This document shows, piece after piece, positions 38,164 to 51,429 of a stretch of DNA of 64,000 bases (position 1 is the stretch's first letter; each line of letters opens with the position of its first letter). Source of the DNA: Octopus vulgaris (lineage: Eukaryota); assembly GCA_951406725.2 (NCBI GenBank), contig OX597815.1, positions 186,930,001 to 186,994,000 on the forward strand, written 5' to 3'. Under the pieces are notes generated by a model that saw only the letters and a list, made by a program, of their open reading frames with translations, was not told the DNA's origin and made no database searches. Position numbers and translations under genes: made by a program.

Positions 38164-38268
38164 TCATTATTATTATCATTATTATTATTAATTATTATTA
38201 TCATCATCATTATTATTATCATCATCATTATTATTATCATCATCATTATTATTATTATCATTATTATT
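38164..38268. repeat. (ATT)/(ATC)n microsatellite
   Basis: Direct reading. Confidence 0.95.
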
Positions 38269-38562
38269 AAGGCGGTAATGTAACAGAATCGTTAGTACGC
38301 CGGGAAAAATGCTTAGCGGTATTTTGCCTGTCTTTACGTTCAAATGCCGCCGAGGTCGGCTTTGCCTTTCATCCTTTTGGGGTCGATAAATTAAGTACCA
38401 GTCAAGTACTGAGGTCGATGTGATCGACGTACCCTCTCCCCAAAAATTTCAGGCCTTATGCCTATAGTAGAAAGGTTTGGGCAAATGTCTTCTACTATAG
38501 CCTCAAGCTGACCAAAGCCTTGTGAGTGAATTTTGTAGAAGGCAACTGTGTGAAAGACCGTC

Positions 38563-38610
<48 letters not shown>

Positions 38611-38635
38611 TACAGTCTTCCACACAGTTGTCGTC

Positions 38636-38680
<45 letters not shown>

Positions 38681-38683
<3 letters not shown>

Positions 38684-38978
38684 GAGACGCAGTGGTCCAG
38701 TGGTTAGGGCAGCGGACTCGAGGTCGTAGGATCGCGGTTTCGATTCCCAGACCGGACGTTGTGAGTGTTTATGGAGCGAAAACACCTAAAGCTCCACGAG
38801 GCTCCGGCAGGGGGTGGTGGTGATCCCTGCTGTACTCTTTCACCACAAGTTTCTCTCACTCTTTCTTCTGTTGGCCTGCTCGCTTAGTCAGCGGGGTGGC
38901 GTCATTGAAAGCTAAAGCAATGCGAAGCGCATTGTGACCAGCGATGTGTAGCAACATCTGATGGCCTGGTCGGTCACA

Positions 38979-38982
<4 letters not shown>
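38681..38982 (+). mobile_element. SINE-D (tail type 2)
   Basis: Same ~180-bp 5' half as 8380-8763, with an unrelated tail ttggcctgctcgcttagtcagcgggg..ggtcggtcacatgat. Confidence 0.85.
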
Positions 38983-39028
<46 letters not shown>

Positions 39029-40611
39029 GACGGTCTTCCGCACAGTTCTCGTCTACCAATTCCACTCACAAGGCTTTGATCAGCTTGAGACTATAGTAGA
39101 AGACACTTGCCCAAGGTGTTGCGTAGTGAGACCGGACCCGAAACCATGTGGTTGAGAAGCAAACTTCTTACTACACAGCCACACCCACATCTACATCTGA
39201 ATTATATGAAGATGGAAGAAGTAAATTCATTTCTCCTTTAATTGGTAATTCAGGGAATGACACAGCTCTGAAAACCAATTAGAATCAGACATCAAAGGTT
39301 AGACTTTACAAATTCTCTTGTCGCAAAAGAACATGGCTTGACAAAATATATTTATTGTATATTATTTAGAAAATTTTCGAAGCCACAAACTGTTCACATT
39401 TACAAGAATATATTAATTTCGAAACACGATGTCTTCGCGATGGGTAATAGATTATCGGAGGAACAGACAGAAAGCGAAAAACGATATGTACTGTTCAAAA
39501 GCGGGGAACATTTTCGGTCGCTGCACCGAAGCGTGTAGGAACACAACAGAATAAAGGTGAAAGAGTACTGACCAAAATTATTAAGGAAAAAGATCTAATA
39601 AAAAAAAAACGGAATATGTTTTTGATGAAGGAAACGGACAGAATTGTGAATACATCAATAAGTAACTAAGATATCAAAAACTGCGAGGCTGAATTCTGGA
39701 AATTCATTTTCATCTTTCGAACTAACTGACCAGTATTGTGTACCATGGTTCTATCTATAATATTTAATTAATCTTGGAAGATACTTCAGTTTACTATTTG
39801 TAATCAAATTATTGTCAGCCATTTTTCTTCTTGACGCCATGAATGGAAAATATTTTGGTTTTCTAGATTATATTTTTGCATAAAAGTAAAAATTATTTTT
39901 GGCAAAATGTTTTTCCTTTCTAACTTTATTTCTTGTTTTATCAATGATATTTCATCCTTGTCTTTTTTAAAAACAACTTTTATTTGATACGTTATATCAA
40001 GATTGTCCATAAGAAAATAAGTCTAAAAAGGTAGGCGCCATGTTATTATAATCAATCAAGATTTATCGTCTGTGTGTTTTTGACGGCAAATGTTTCATGT
40101 CTCGCTAACCATCTGAAAACTAGGCGCCATTTCAATAGATTAACTGTCCAGTCAAACAGTACAGCCTCAAAAAAGCTTCTATAAATCCCTTGGATAGTTT
40201 TTCTTTCTATATAAACAGAAATAAAACACGGTGGGCTTTAGAGAAAAAGTAGACTTCAGTTTCGAAATATAAAAGAAGAGAAACGTTGTTGTAACAACAT
40301 CTTTGAAAACATTTCATCAAAATACGATATATGCGCATGCGTACATATATAAATGCATACATATAAAACTGCATACATATTTCATGATTATATATATTCA
40401 TGCTTATACATCCATACATATTTATATGCATGCACGTATATGTTTACATATATATATATATATATATATACATATATGCATATATGTACACACACATATT
40501 AGGTATATACTGTATATTAAAGTCCAAACCACTGGTTTGGACTTTAGCCGTTCTTTCTAGCGTAAAGGATTCCTATGATGGAAACCTGTTAATGTGTTTA
40601 AATGTACACTG

Positions 40612-40672
<61 letters not shown>

Positions 40673-40721
40673 GCACGCACACACGCACACACACACACAC
40701 ACATACACACACACACACACA

Positions 40722-41966
40722 CAAGGTGTTCGGGATAAATTTGACGATATTTTTTGTCTCCATTTTCAAGAGCAGCTTGATGTACTGGTGAATAGTCAAC
40801 GGCGTTGGAGAGCATTAAGATTAAAGTTATCAAAATTCCGACATCATGACTGCTTGCTCAATGCTCTGTGAACACTGCAAAGGTTGTAAAACGTAACATG
40901 GACATCATGAAAACCAAGTGCCTTCAAATTGTGATGGTCTTTGGGTGTGTCTGCAGTGCCGCCTCATATCTTTGAAACAGGACGTTAGGCTCAATTCAGA
41001 CAGCAGCTCTGTGAAGCTGCTGGATACTGTGATCAATCCCTGGCCGGAGAGAATTGTAGTTAGAAGGCCATATGTGTGGCAGCAGGATTTGATTCCTTAC
41101 CATGTCACTGGAAAGAGCCATAAGCGGTTGCTTTCAGCAGTTACAATTTCTAGCCTTCTATGAAGACATTCCTTGTCTTTACAAGCCAATATTTTTTTCT
41201 GTCTGAGAAAAAAAATAGGGCGGCGAGCTGGCAGAAACGTTAAGCACGCCGGGCGAAATGCTTAGCGGTATTTCGTCAGCCGTTTACGTTCTGAGTTCAA
41301 ATTCCGCCGAGGTCGACTTTGCCTTTCATCCTTTCGGGGTCGATTAAATAGGTACCAGTTACGCACTGGGGTCCATATAATCGACTTAATCCATTTGTCT
41401 GTCCTTGTTTGTCCTCACTGGGTTTATCCCCTTTGTGGATAGTAAAGAAATAGGTATTTCGTCTGTCGTTACGTTCTGAGTTCAAATTCCGCTGAGGTTG
41501 ACTTCGCCTTCTATCCTTTCGGGGTCGATAAATTAAGTACCAGTTGCGCACTGGGGTCGATGTAATCGTCTTAATTCCTTTGTCTATCCTTGTCTGTCCC
41601 CTCTATGTTTAGCCCCTTGTTGGCAATAAAGAAATAAGTTACAATTTCTAGCCTCCTAATTCCTCCGATTTTAATCCCATAGTTTACAATGCCTGTGCGT
41701 CGAAGTTGAGAAAGACACCAACAGTTCTGCCTGCAACACCAAAGCCGAGCTGGAGGCCAATATCAAGGAGATATTTGAAGATCTTCACTGAAACAGTCAA
41801 GAAAACATACGCCAAGTTCCGGAGCCGACTTGAGGCGATGGTAGAAGCTGACGGCGGCTATTTCGAATAAACTGCTACCCATATCCAAATCGAAATTTTT
41901 GGATTTTTGGATGGAATACTGTGTTTTCTTTTCCTTTTACGCAAACTGTCAAATTTAGCCAATGTG
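40722..41966 (+). mobile_element. decayed IS630-Tc1-mariner element (maT-like) interrupted by a SINE-B dimer
   Basis: PWPERIVVRRPYVWQQDLIPYH, PPNSSDFNPI and FRSRLEAMVEADGGYFE*; TIR-like ataaatttgacg / ctgtcaaatttag. Confidence 0.75.
41161..41636 (+). mobile_element. SINE-B dimer with an extra ~58 nt 5' segment, inside a 22-bp duplication
   Basis: AGTTACAATTTCTAGCCTYCTA at 41139-41160 and 41637-41658. Confidence 0.8.
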
Positions 41967-42038
41967 TATATATACTGACTGGTCTAACGAATGTTGACTA
42001 TGTCCAGGACGATGCTTAAACTCTTACCTGTTTAAGAT

Positions 42039-42130
42039 TTTACCTGATGACGGTGGGTTATATATCATCAGGTGATCTTTTTGACTGCATTAAATAATAA
42101 ATAAAATTCTACCGAAACAGCTGTCGTAAA
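42039..42130 (+). ncRNA. type I hammerhead ribozyme, canonical core, GUC site at 42123-42125
   Basis: tttac-CTGATGA-c-ggtgg..ctacc-GAAA-cagctg-TC-gtaaa; ends ~20 nt before (TA)n. Confidence 0.75.
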
Positions 42131-42144
42131 TTTTATCTGTATTT

Positions 42145-42285
<141 letters not shown>

Positions 42286-42847
42286 GGGGTAGACAGACAG
42301 ACAAACAGACAGACGGACGAACGGACGGACAGAATATACAATGCCGTTTAGTAATGATTTGATAATACTTAAACCAATTCGCTACCATGTAAAATGATAT
42401 TATCGCACACTGCTTTTTATAAATAATCAGAAATTGCCTTCATCTCCAATGAAGTTTTTTCAGAAACTTTGGTATGACTAAGAGTATCTTATGAATAATT
42501 CAGCGACATTTCTAAGGAAAATAACATTTTCCCCCGATTATCCTCCTTTCTCTTCGACTGGTTTCTATCATTGGATTGATGCCGTGCTTGGGTACCATCT
42601 TGAAGGGTTTACTTAACTACAATGGCCATAACTATTATTCTAACCTGGCACTTATTTTATCGATTCTTCTTTGGCAAGCCTCTGAACTTTGGGGCATAGG
42701 AACACACAATTGGCTTTGAGATCGGTGTGAAAATAAACACAGACACACACTTAGCCATACACACGCATGTGCATATGTGTATATGTTAATGTATCTAGCT
42801 ATCTGTTTGTCAGTCTGTCTATCTATCGATCTATTTATATCATTATT

Positions 42848-43210
42848 CAGCTTATTTCAAGATTTCTTGGCAATAGAGAAAGAACTGGTTTCTAACCTAG
42901 ATCCAAGGCTCCTTCACTGGAATTTCAACATTAACAACAGGGTATTTTTGTTTGTATGTATGTATGTATGTATGTATGTATGTATGTATGTATGTATGTA
43001 TGTATGTATGTATGTTTTATGTATGTGCAGATTTGTATGTTTTATGTATGTATTCTCGTGCATATAGTTGCATACCTAGACATGCTCATATATTTAAATG
43101 ATAAACTTCTGGCAAGTTTTAGATTTTTACAGTTCCAGTGATGGATTAGATCTGTAGTCTTCGAATTAGCTTTCTCCTTTCTGGTTTTCAGAAGGCCCAA
43201 TAATTATAGG
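42848..43210 (+). repeat. interspersed repeat with internal (TATG)n; second copy at 59104-59290
   Basis: Shared caagatttcttg..gtttctaacctagatccaagg..ggaatttcaacat. Confidence 0.75.
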
Positions 43211-43219
43211 TATATAATG

Positions 43220-43572
43220 CCGCTACGTTCTGAGTTCAAATTCTGCCAAGGTCAACTTTGCCTTTCATCCTTTCGGGGTCGATTAAATAAGTACCAGTTA
43301 CGCACTGGGGTCGATATAATCGACTTAATCCCTTTGTCTGTCCTTGTTTGTCCCCTCTGTGTTTAGCCCCTTGCGGGTAGTAAAGAAATAGGTATTTCGT
43401 CTGCCACTATGTTCTGAGTTCAAATTCCGCCGAGGTCGGCTTTGCCTTTCATCCTTTCGGTGTCGATAAATTAAGTACCAGTTACGCACTGGGGTCGATG
43501 TAATCGACTTAATCCCTTTGTGTGTCCTTGTTTGACCCTTCTATGTTTAACCCATTGTGGGCAATAAAGAAA
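43220..43572 (+). mobile_element. SINE-B dimer
   Basis: Junction aaagaaata|ggtatttcgtc at ~43390. Confidence 0.85.
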
Positions 43573-44095
43573 TAAAAAAAGAGAGACAGGACCTGTTCCG
43601 CTCCTAGCTCCTCACCAGTTGTAGACTCTCCACCACACATTTCAATCAAACACTCTTTTTTGTTCGTCATCAACCACATAACTGTGCACATAGAAGACGG
43701 TTCAATGTAAGAAAATGTCTGGAGTTTCATCCGCAAGAGATTAATACATTGTCACTACTTTGATTTCATTGAAATTGGTTTTCTTACATAAGTAACCAGA
43801 CTTGATTACGCCATTCTAAAAACGGTTTGAGAGCATTGACACCTGTGGTTTCCTTTGAAATGAGGTACGCTGTACAACATCTACAGAGTTCTTTACACTG
43901 CCATGTTTTACAAACAGTTAAACTAGTTCACGAAAGTTTCGTAATATAAAATTTATGTCTACTAGCTTCAATAGGATTTATTTATTTTTGTTTCTCTCCG
44001 TTCTTTGCGGCATTTTGAACGAGCACTTAAGTAAGTTTTTCAAGTTCTTAAAATTATTCCATCTGTTTATATCAAGCATGTGTTTCAAGAGACGC

Positions 44096-44162
<67 letters not shown>

Positions 44163-44167
<5 letters not shown>

Positions 44168-44557
44168 TTGTTTCAGTCATTTGACTGCGGCCATGCTGGA
44201 GCACCGCATTTAGTCGAGTAAATCGACCCCAGGATTTAATTCTTTGGAAGCCTAGTACTTATTCTATCGGTCTCTTTTGCCGAACCGCTAAGTTACGGGG
44301 ACGTAAACACACCAGCATTGGTTGTCAAGCGATGTTGCGGGGCGGGAACAAACACAGACACACAAACATATACACACACAAACATATATATACATATATA
44401 AGACGGGCTTCTTTCAGTTTCCGTCTACCAAATCAACTCACAAGGCTTTGGTCGGCCCGAGGCTATAGTAGAAGACACTTGCCCAAGGTGTCACGCAGTG
44501 GGAATGAACCATGTGGTTGGTAAGCAAGCTACTTACCACACAGCCAATCCTGCGCCT
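44163..44557 (-). mobile_element. SINE-A, full length
   Basis: Match to 7116-7570. Confidence 0.9.
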
Positions 44558-44802
44558 ATGTTCCTTTATTTTGCTAAGTGTCTGAAGTTATCTATAATTT
44601 ATTCCAACTAATATTCATACTTGTTGGCTTTATGCTTAATCATTCCCAGAATTAATCAACAGCTGAAGCTATACCTGTTAGCTATAACATACTGAAAATA
44701 AGGTCCGTTCTCGTAACAGTGATTTTTTGAAAAGAAGAACTTCTTAGGGGTTTCAGTAGATGATCTCGCAAAGTTGGAGAATTTTCCATTTGTTTCTCCT
44801 GT

Positions 44803-44939
44803 GCTTGCTTCCCAACCACATGGTTCTGGGTTCAATCCCACTGCGTAGTATTTTGGACAAGTGTCTTCTACTACAGCATCGAACCGACCAAAACCTTGAA
44901 TGGATTTTGCAGGCGGAGATCGAAAGAAGTCCGTTGTGT

Positions 44940-45004
<65 letters not shown>

Positions 45005-45220
45005 TATATTTGTCCCCCACCAAAACTTGACAATCGTTGTTAGTGTATTTACCTTCCGGTAACTTAGCGGTTCGACAAAAGTAACCGATAGAATAAGCAC
45101 CAAGCTTTAAAAGGAAAAAGTAATAAGGTTGATTCATTCCATTAAAAAAAGGTTCTCCAAGGCGGTGCCCCAGCAAGGTTGCAGTCTAATGAATGAAACA
45201 AGTAAGAGATAAAAGATAAG
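44803..45220 (+). mobile_element. older SINE-A
   Basis: Diverged match with internal (TG)n. Confidence 0.8.
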
Positions 45221-45704
45221 ATCTATTAAAAGAATTGTATGTAATACGTAAGCAAATCTTAGTCGTAACATATTCTTCATGGAATAGAATCTCAAAGAGA
45301 GTTAGGCGATATATTTGTCTCATCTCTTTTTATCCTTTGCAGTGTAGGCATAATCGTAGGGGGGGGGGCATGATTTTCGGGGTTTTTTTGTTTTTGTTTT
45401 TGGAGTTTTTTTGCTGTATTCGATCTCTTATGCTTTGATTGTCACTATTCTCAAAAATGGGAATTGCGTCCGAAGGACTCCATCGGCTTTGAACAAATAC
45501 ATTCATACACACACACTCATACAGAGAAAAAGAGAAAGAGAGACAGACAGACACACACACATGCACATACATGCGCACACGTATACACACATAAATTCAT
45601 AAACAATATATATAGGGAGAGTTTACGAAAAAAACAAAAGACGAAGACAGGTGGTGTATAAAACAAACAGATGTATTAGTATAACGCTCAGGAATAGAAA
45701 AAAT

Positions 45705-45740
45705 ATTTTACGTTTCGAGCCTAGGCTCTTCTACAGAAAG
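45705..45740 (-). ncRNA. minimal hammerhead, U6 core variant, in mini-element ~45614-45797
   Basis: Minus strand: cttt-CTGTAGA-a-gagc(ctag)gctc-GAAA-cg-TA-aaat. Confidence 0.6.
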
Positions 45741-46273
45741 GGACACGGAAAAAACAAGGAGAGAAAAAAATGTGTGTAGTGGCTAACGATCTATCATACA
45801 CGAATAGATAGTCCTCTCTGTTTGGTTTTCTGCATATATTACAGTATTTGTATGACTGTATTTTCGACATTTTCTAAAAAAAATTTTCCAGAGACACATG
45901 CTTATCTATTGAAACTCATACGCCAAAGAGAATTACCGTCTTTGACAATAATTTCTAAGCAAATTGCCTTAATCCTGTTATTGTCTGAATCAATTGGTCG
46001 CTGTTGGTCTCTTCGTCATTTCCAAAGATTAATATACTGCGTGTTGCGTTTCTACGATCTTTTTCTATTTTTAGTTATTTTTGTAGGGAAGGTATACATT
46101 ATGGCATAATGCAGATTTATGTTCCATTCTATGCAACCTATATCTATGATAGGATTTTTACTTTTCTCATTTTGGCAAGAACTGAATCAGGTGAAACTCA
46201 GTAACAGAGGGCTTCCTTCACACGCTATACACAGTTCAGTTATTTTTATTCTCTCTCCTTCTCTTTCTTTCTT

Positions 46274-46332
<59 letters not shown>

Positions 46333-46728
46333 TTCTCATTAAATGTGTTTAGTAGGACCTAATGAAAAGGCTTTGATCCTGAGTTATGATCAAAATTCTT
46401 CCATCTCTATTTCAATTCTGGATCGCTTCACCATAGTTTTATTCAGTCTTGTTTGATATTAGCCATATGCGTAAGGGTGCTGGCTTTAGATAAAATACAT
46501 GAAGAACACTTAATTAAGGTTTTTATTCAACATATTCTCCTTCTCAGATTTACACATTTATTGCAGCGGTCCGTCAGTTTTTCTAAACCTTGTAAAAGAA
46601 CTCTGAAGGTCGGGCCTCCAGCCAGGCCTTTCGCGACACCCTTAAAATCAGAAACTATTCAGCGCCCCCTCGTGTGAGATATACTTGTCAACGTTTTATC
46701 ATGACGTTTTCTTTACATTTATTACTAA

Positions 46729-47107
46729 ACTAGCAGTATCGCCCGGCGTTGCTCGGGTTTGTTTCGACCCTTTACAATTGGAACTTTTGAAAAGTAAAAA
46801 TTTTGCATTATGTACGAGAGCTTGTTATTCCCTTTAAGTGAACATTTTTTCTGGTTGAAATACACCGAAAAATGGCGATACAGCAGTCAAATAATCGTAA
46901 AAAATAGGGATTTTATAGAAAAAAAAGCACCTTTTTTGTGTAAATAATTTTTGGTGTTAACATGGTCCGATTTGAAGTTTTTCTCCTACGAAATGAAGAG
47001 CAAGCCTTCTTCTATCATACTCTCAATTTTGGTCAATTTGCGCCGCAGGGTCTCGGAGGAGATAGTGTTAGTTGAAGGCTACCAAACCTGCCATACACAG
47101 ACAACTT
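46729..47107 (+). mobile_element. second Helitron/Helentron-like element
   Basis: High similarity to 2752-3130. Confidence 0.6.
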
Positions 47108-48448
47108 AAGAGAGATTTAGTTTTTTCAAGTTTCTATAACTATCTCTCCATCATATTTCCAGATGTCATTTGCTTCAGCCTTACATTTATTGGCTCCCGT
47201 TATAAAAGGAAGAATATTTTCTTTGATTATATTTATGCTTTTTTTATTTCTTTTTTACTATTTACATTAGTTTCTTTTTATTCCTTACGAAATATTATCG
47301 TAGACCTACCGTAAATATTTTATATATTTACTTGCAGAAAATTACAATCCTTGTCATGGATAAGGAAATGTAATCTCTCTATGTCAGCTTCGGTATATTC
47401 TAAAGACTAACTTTTTTTTTTATTTTCCTCCTATCTAGTATTGCTAAGTCAGTTAATTTCCTGCCGAGAATATACAAGTCACTTAATACTAGACCAGCGT
47501 ATTTTTACTATTTCGTTCAGTTTTGATTATTAATCTAATATATATAATCTTTCCTTTCATATTTGATGTTGCACTCTGTCTTGTTCATTAATTCTTAAAA
47601 GATATTAACTCAAACTTTGATCTAATTCTGTTATCTCACTCTTTTTATCTAACATAGTGTGACTGAGTTTCATTAAATATTATTACACTTCAAGGTAAAC
47701 TATGACGTATTTTTCTAAACCGAATTTCATATACTTTTCCCTCTAAAAATAAGGCCAAACCCGAATAGCAAAAGCTGCCCGCCATATTTCGATTAAAGCC
47801 TAAGGACAGACAAGCTACGGACAATGGACGGTTGTGTGGCAGATAGTTATTCTCTCCATATATCAGGCAAGCCGACTGACTGCTGTTCTATTTAAATATT
47901 CTTTCCTACTCTAGGCTCAAGGCCCGAAATTTTGAAGAAAGGGAACCAGTCGATCAAATCGACCCCAGTACGCAACTATTACTTAATTTATCGACCCCGA
48001 AAGGATGAAAGGCAAAGTCGACCTCGGCGGAATTTGAACTTAATTCCAGTAATATATTCAAGGGGATTAGACCTAGTACTTAAACCAGAATGAGCAATTC
48101 TAAAAGTCAAAACCAAAAACGCTATGAGTCATATCAGTTTAGATATAAAACTGCTCGGAACGGACGAGTCTATCAAAAGGCATTGTTATATTCAGTCGGT
48201 TATATTCAGGGAGATTCAACATGATCAAGAATGTGACAGGGCTGGCCCTTTGGTTTATAGGTGCAACTCATTTTTTCTAGCTGAGTGGAGTGGAGCAACG
48301 TGAAATAAAGTGTCTTACTTAAAGGCACAATGCACCGCCGAGAACCGAACTTACAATTCTCGATCTTGAGCTGAATACCCTAACCACTAAGCTACGCACC
48401 TTCACAATTAACATAAACATACACACAAGACAAACCTGTCTCAACCAC

Positions 48449-48512
48449 AATACAAATCTGATGACGTGAAATACAAATCTAATGACGTGAAATACAAATC
48501 TGATGACATAAA
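48449..48512. repeat. 3x 21-bp tandem repeat AATACAAATCTGATGACGTGA
   Basis: Direct reading. Confidence 0.9.
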
Positions 48513-48989
48513 ACACTAACGCTCTAATGGTCAAAGTCTTGGGGGAATATTTAAAAGGGGAAGTACAGAGGTCAACGCCACTACATACCCTGAAAATGGT
48601 GCTGAGATACCCTGGACACTTTGATAAAGGAGGGTTAGGAACATTATTTTCTTCGGAGGCGGTGGCTGTGTAGTATGAAGTTTGCTTCCCTTGTGACGGA
48701 AACTGAAAGAAGCTTGTTGTGTGTGTGTGTGTGTGTGTGTGTGTGTCACCGCTTGACAAGCGTTGGTGTGCTTATTTCCCCCGTAGCCTAGCGGTTCGGC
48801 AAAAGAGATCGATAAAATAAGTACCAGGCTTAAAAGAAAAAAAAAGAAAGGGAGTCAATTCATTCGAACTAAAAATGCCTCAAAGCGGTGCTGTAGCATG
48901 GCCGCAGTCTAATGATCCAAATAAGTAAAATATAATTTTAAAAAATAGACGAAAAACGAACTGTTGGTGCCAAATAGCCAAATATGAAA

Positions 48990-49730
48990 AGAGCCCAAAT
49001 AGAAACGATCAAATTAGAACATAGTCGTGTCTTCAATATATCATGTCTAAAAGCGATGCTGTTCCTCATATGTACAAATATAAACTACATGATAAAATAG
49101 CTAAAAAAAATATCGAAAAATATACAACAGAATTCCGGAAGAAATTGATTGAAAAAGAAATACGCAGAACAACCCAAGCTATAGAAAATGTAGAGGCCAA
49201 AATGATATAGTAGTGAAAGAAAAGAGATAAATCAGTAAGGTAGAAACATTTATTAACCAATATATACGCATCTTTAGATAATATACAGACAACACTCTCC
49301 AGGGAATATAAATAAATTAAGTAAACTATACGCAAAGAAAATCATGTTACCCACGCAAGAAGATAAATTTATTAACTTATCGCAACATCGATTAAATCAC
49401 GCTTATCAAACACGGCATCGACTTCATTTGCAACCGAAATACGACCAAAGCCAGGAAAGAAAAGTTGAAAAATAAACTATTATACATAGCAAAAGCCAGT
49501 AAATCCGAGGAATAAGAACATTATAAACATTGATGATGAACTTCAGAACTTAATTCGCGGCGAATGTAATGATAACCGCAAAGGAATTGCCAAAGTACTC
49601 GACGAGAGACTCAAACAAGATGAAGTCGACAAAAAACATGTTCGCCACATAACAGTATGCAAGAGAGACAAAAACAATATGTCCTTAGTCATGGATAGAG
49701 ATAAATGCATTGGAAAAATCAACAAGCTTG
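48990..49730 (+). pseudogene. PLE ORF N-terminal/pre-RT remnant
   Basis: VFNISCLK.., KYKLHDKIA and ITVCKRDKNNMSLVMDRDKCIGKINKL (resembles PLE IVI.KADKGN..V.MD...Y..K). Confidence 0.5.
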
Positions 49731-49739
49731 CTAAGCAAA

Positions 49740-50135
49740 GCATTTTATCCACGTGCTAACGATTCTTATTTCTTTACTACCCACAAGGGGCTAAATACAG
49801 AGAGGACAAACAAGGACAGACAAACGAATTAAGTCGATTTTATCGACCCCAGTACGTAACTGGTACTTATTTAATCGACCCCGAAAGGATGAAAGGCAAA
49901 GTCAACCTCGGCGGAATTTGAACTCAGAACGTAACGGCAGACGAAATACCTATTTCTTTACTGCCCACAAAGAGCTAAACACAGAGAGGACAAACAAGGA
50001 CAGACAAACGGATTAAGTCGATTATATCGACCCCAGTGCGTAACTGGTACTTATTTAATCGACCCCGAAAGGATGAAAAGCGAAGTCGACCTCGGCGGAA
50101 TTTGAACTCAGAACGTAGCGGCAGACGAAATACTG
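49740..50135 (-). mobile_element. SINE-B dimer inserted into an older SINE-B
   Basis: Minus junction aaagaaata|ggtatttcgtc at ~49950. Confidence 0.85.
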
Positions 50136-50221
50136 CCCGATTCAAATCAAAAAGTATTGACAGCGATAAACCCTGGAGACAGGAGGCTCTTACTTCTCTC
50201 ACATCGAAGAATCCACCCCTG

Positions 50222-50264
<43 letters not shown>

Positions 50265-50403
50265 AAGGTTAAAAGCCTTAATAAGGGATAAAAAAATCCA
50301 AAGAAAACACTAGTTAGTAACCTATTTAAAAAGTGTTGAATATTACAATTCACCTGTAAGGTAACTAGATAAACCGTGGTTTGTAAATATTTTAAGAATA
50401 CAA

Positions 50404-50712
50404 AGAAAATAGAGAGATAATTAATAATTATTTATTAATTAAAAAATTAGACATCATCTCTAACAACTGTTTCAATTCCAGACCTTTAAAGATTAATTAC
50501 CATAATTATAATAATTAAAACCATTTAAAAGTCGAATCTCAAAGTTTGCTAAAGATATACAATTAGCTGTTCGTGTTCCTGCTTGTTGAGTATACGGCTC
50601 CAAACCGTATTATTTTAATTATGGTAATTAATCTTTAAAGGTCTGGAATTGAAACAGCTGTCAGAGATTATGTCTAATTTTTAATTAATAAATAATTATC
50701 TCTCTATTTTCT
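50404..50712. repeat. ~100-bp-arm inverted repeat containing an HHR 3' half (GAAACAGCTGTC, 50651-50662)
   Basis: Arms ~50404-50510 and ~50616-50712; ends just before (TA)n. Confidence 0.85.
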
Positions 50713-50724
50713 CTTATCTTCTTT

Positions 50725-50804
<80 letters not shown>

Positions 50805-50891
50805 GAGAATTCACGAAAAAAAACAAAAGAGGAAGACAGGTGGTGTAGAAAACAAACAGATGTATTAGTATAACGCTCGGGAATTGAAAGT

Positions 50892-50928
50892 CATTAACGT
50901 TTCGAGCCTACGCTCTTCCACAGTAAAG
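50892..50928 (-). ncRNA. minimal hammerhead, U6 core variant (degenerate helix I), in mini-element ~50801-50976
   Basis: Minus strand: ttta-CTGTGGA-a-gagc(gtag)gctc-GAAA-cg-TT-aatg. Confidence 0.55.
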
Positions 50929-50979
50929 AAACAAGGAGAGAAAAAAATGTGTGTAGTGGCTACCGATCTATCATGGCAA

Positions 50980-51405
50980 AAGGGTGGCCATAAAGTCTGA
51001 TTTCAGCAGGATGGGGCTCCATTATGCATTGCAGATTCGTGGTTTTCTGAATGAACATTTTCCAAGGAGATGGCTCAGGCGTTGCTTTGCCAATTGAATG
51101 GGCACCACGGTCACTAGATTTAACTCTCGAGGACTTTTTTCTTTTGGGGCTACATTAAATCCCTTGTGTATTCTGAAAAGATTCGTGACCAAGAACATCT
51201 TCAAAAGAATTGTTGAAGCTGCTGGAACAAGCCAACGGTAATGAAAAGCTATTTGAGAAGGTTCATCGCAATTTCAAATTCCGTATGAAGACTTGTTTAG
51301 AGCTACATGGCCACCATTTTGAACATTTGTAATGCATTACCTACTTCATTGCTAATAAAGTATACCTGATATCTCCCATGGTGCGTGGCTTTGTGACCAC
51401 CCTGT
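50980..51405 (+). mobile_element. internally deleted Tc1/mariner (rosa/maT-like) element
   Basis: TIRs AGGGTGGCCATAAAG / CTTTGTGACCACCCTG; peptides FQQDGAP, WAPRSLDLTLEDFF and FWGYIKSLVYS. Confidence 0.8.
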
Positions 51406-51429
51406 GTATATACATATTTTTTTATATTT

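Noticed and set aside
48457-48478. CTGATGACGTGAAA looks like a hammerhead core
   Set aside because: Only 3 nt between CUGAUGA and GAAA, with no helix II or I; it arises from a 21-bp tandem repeat
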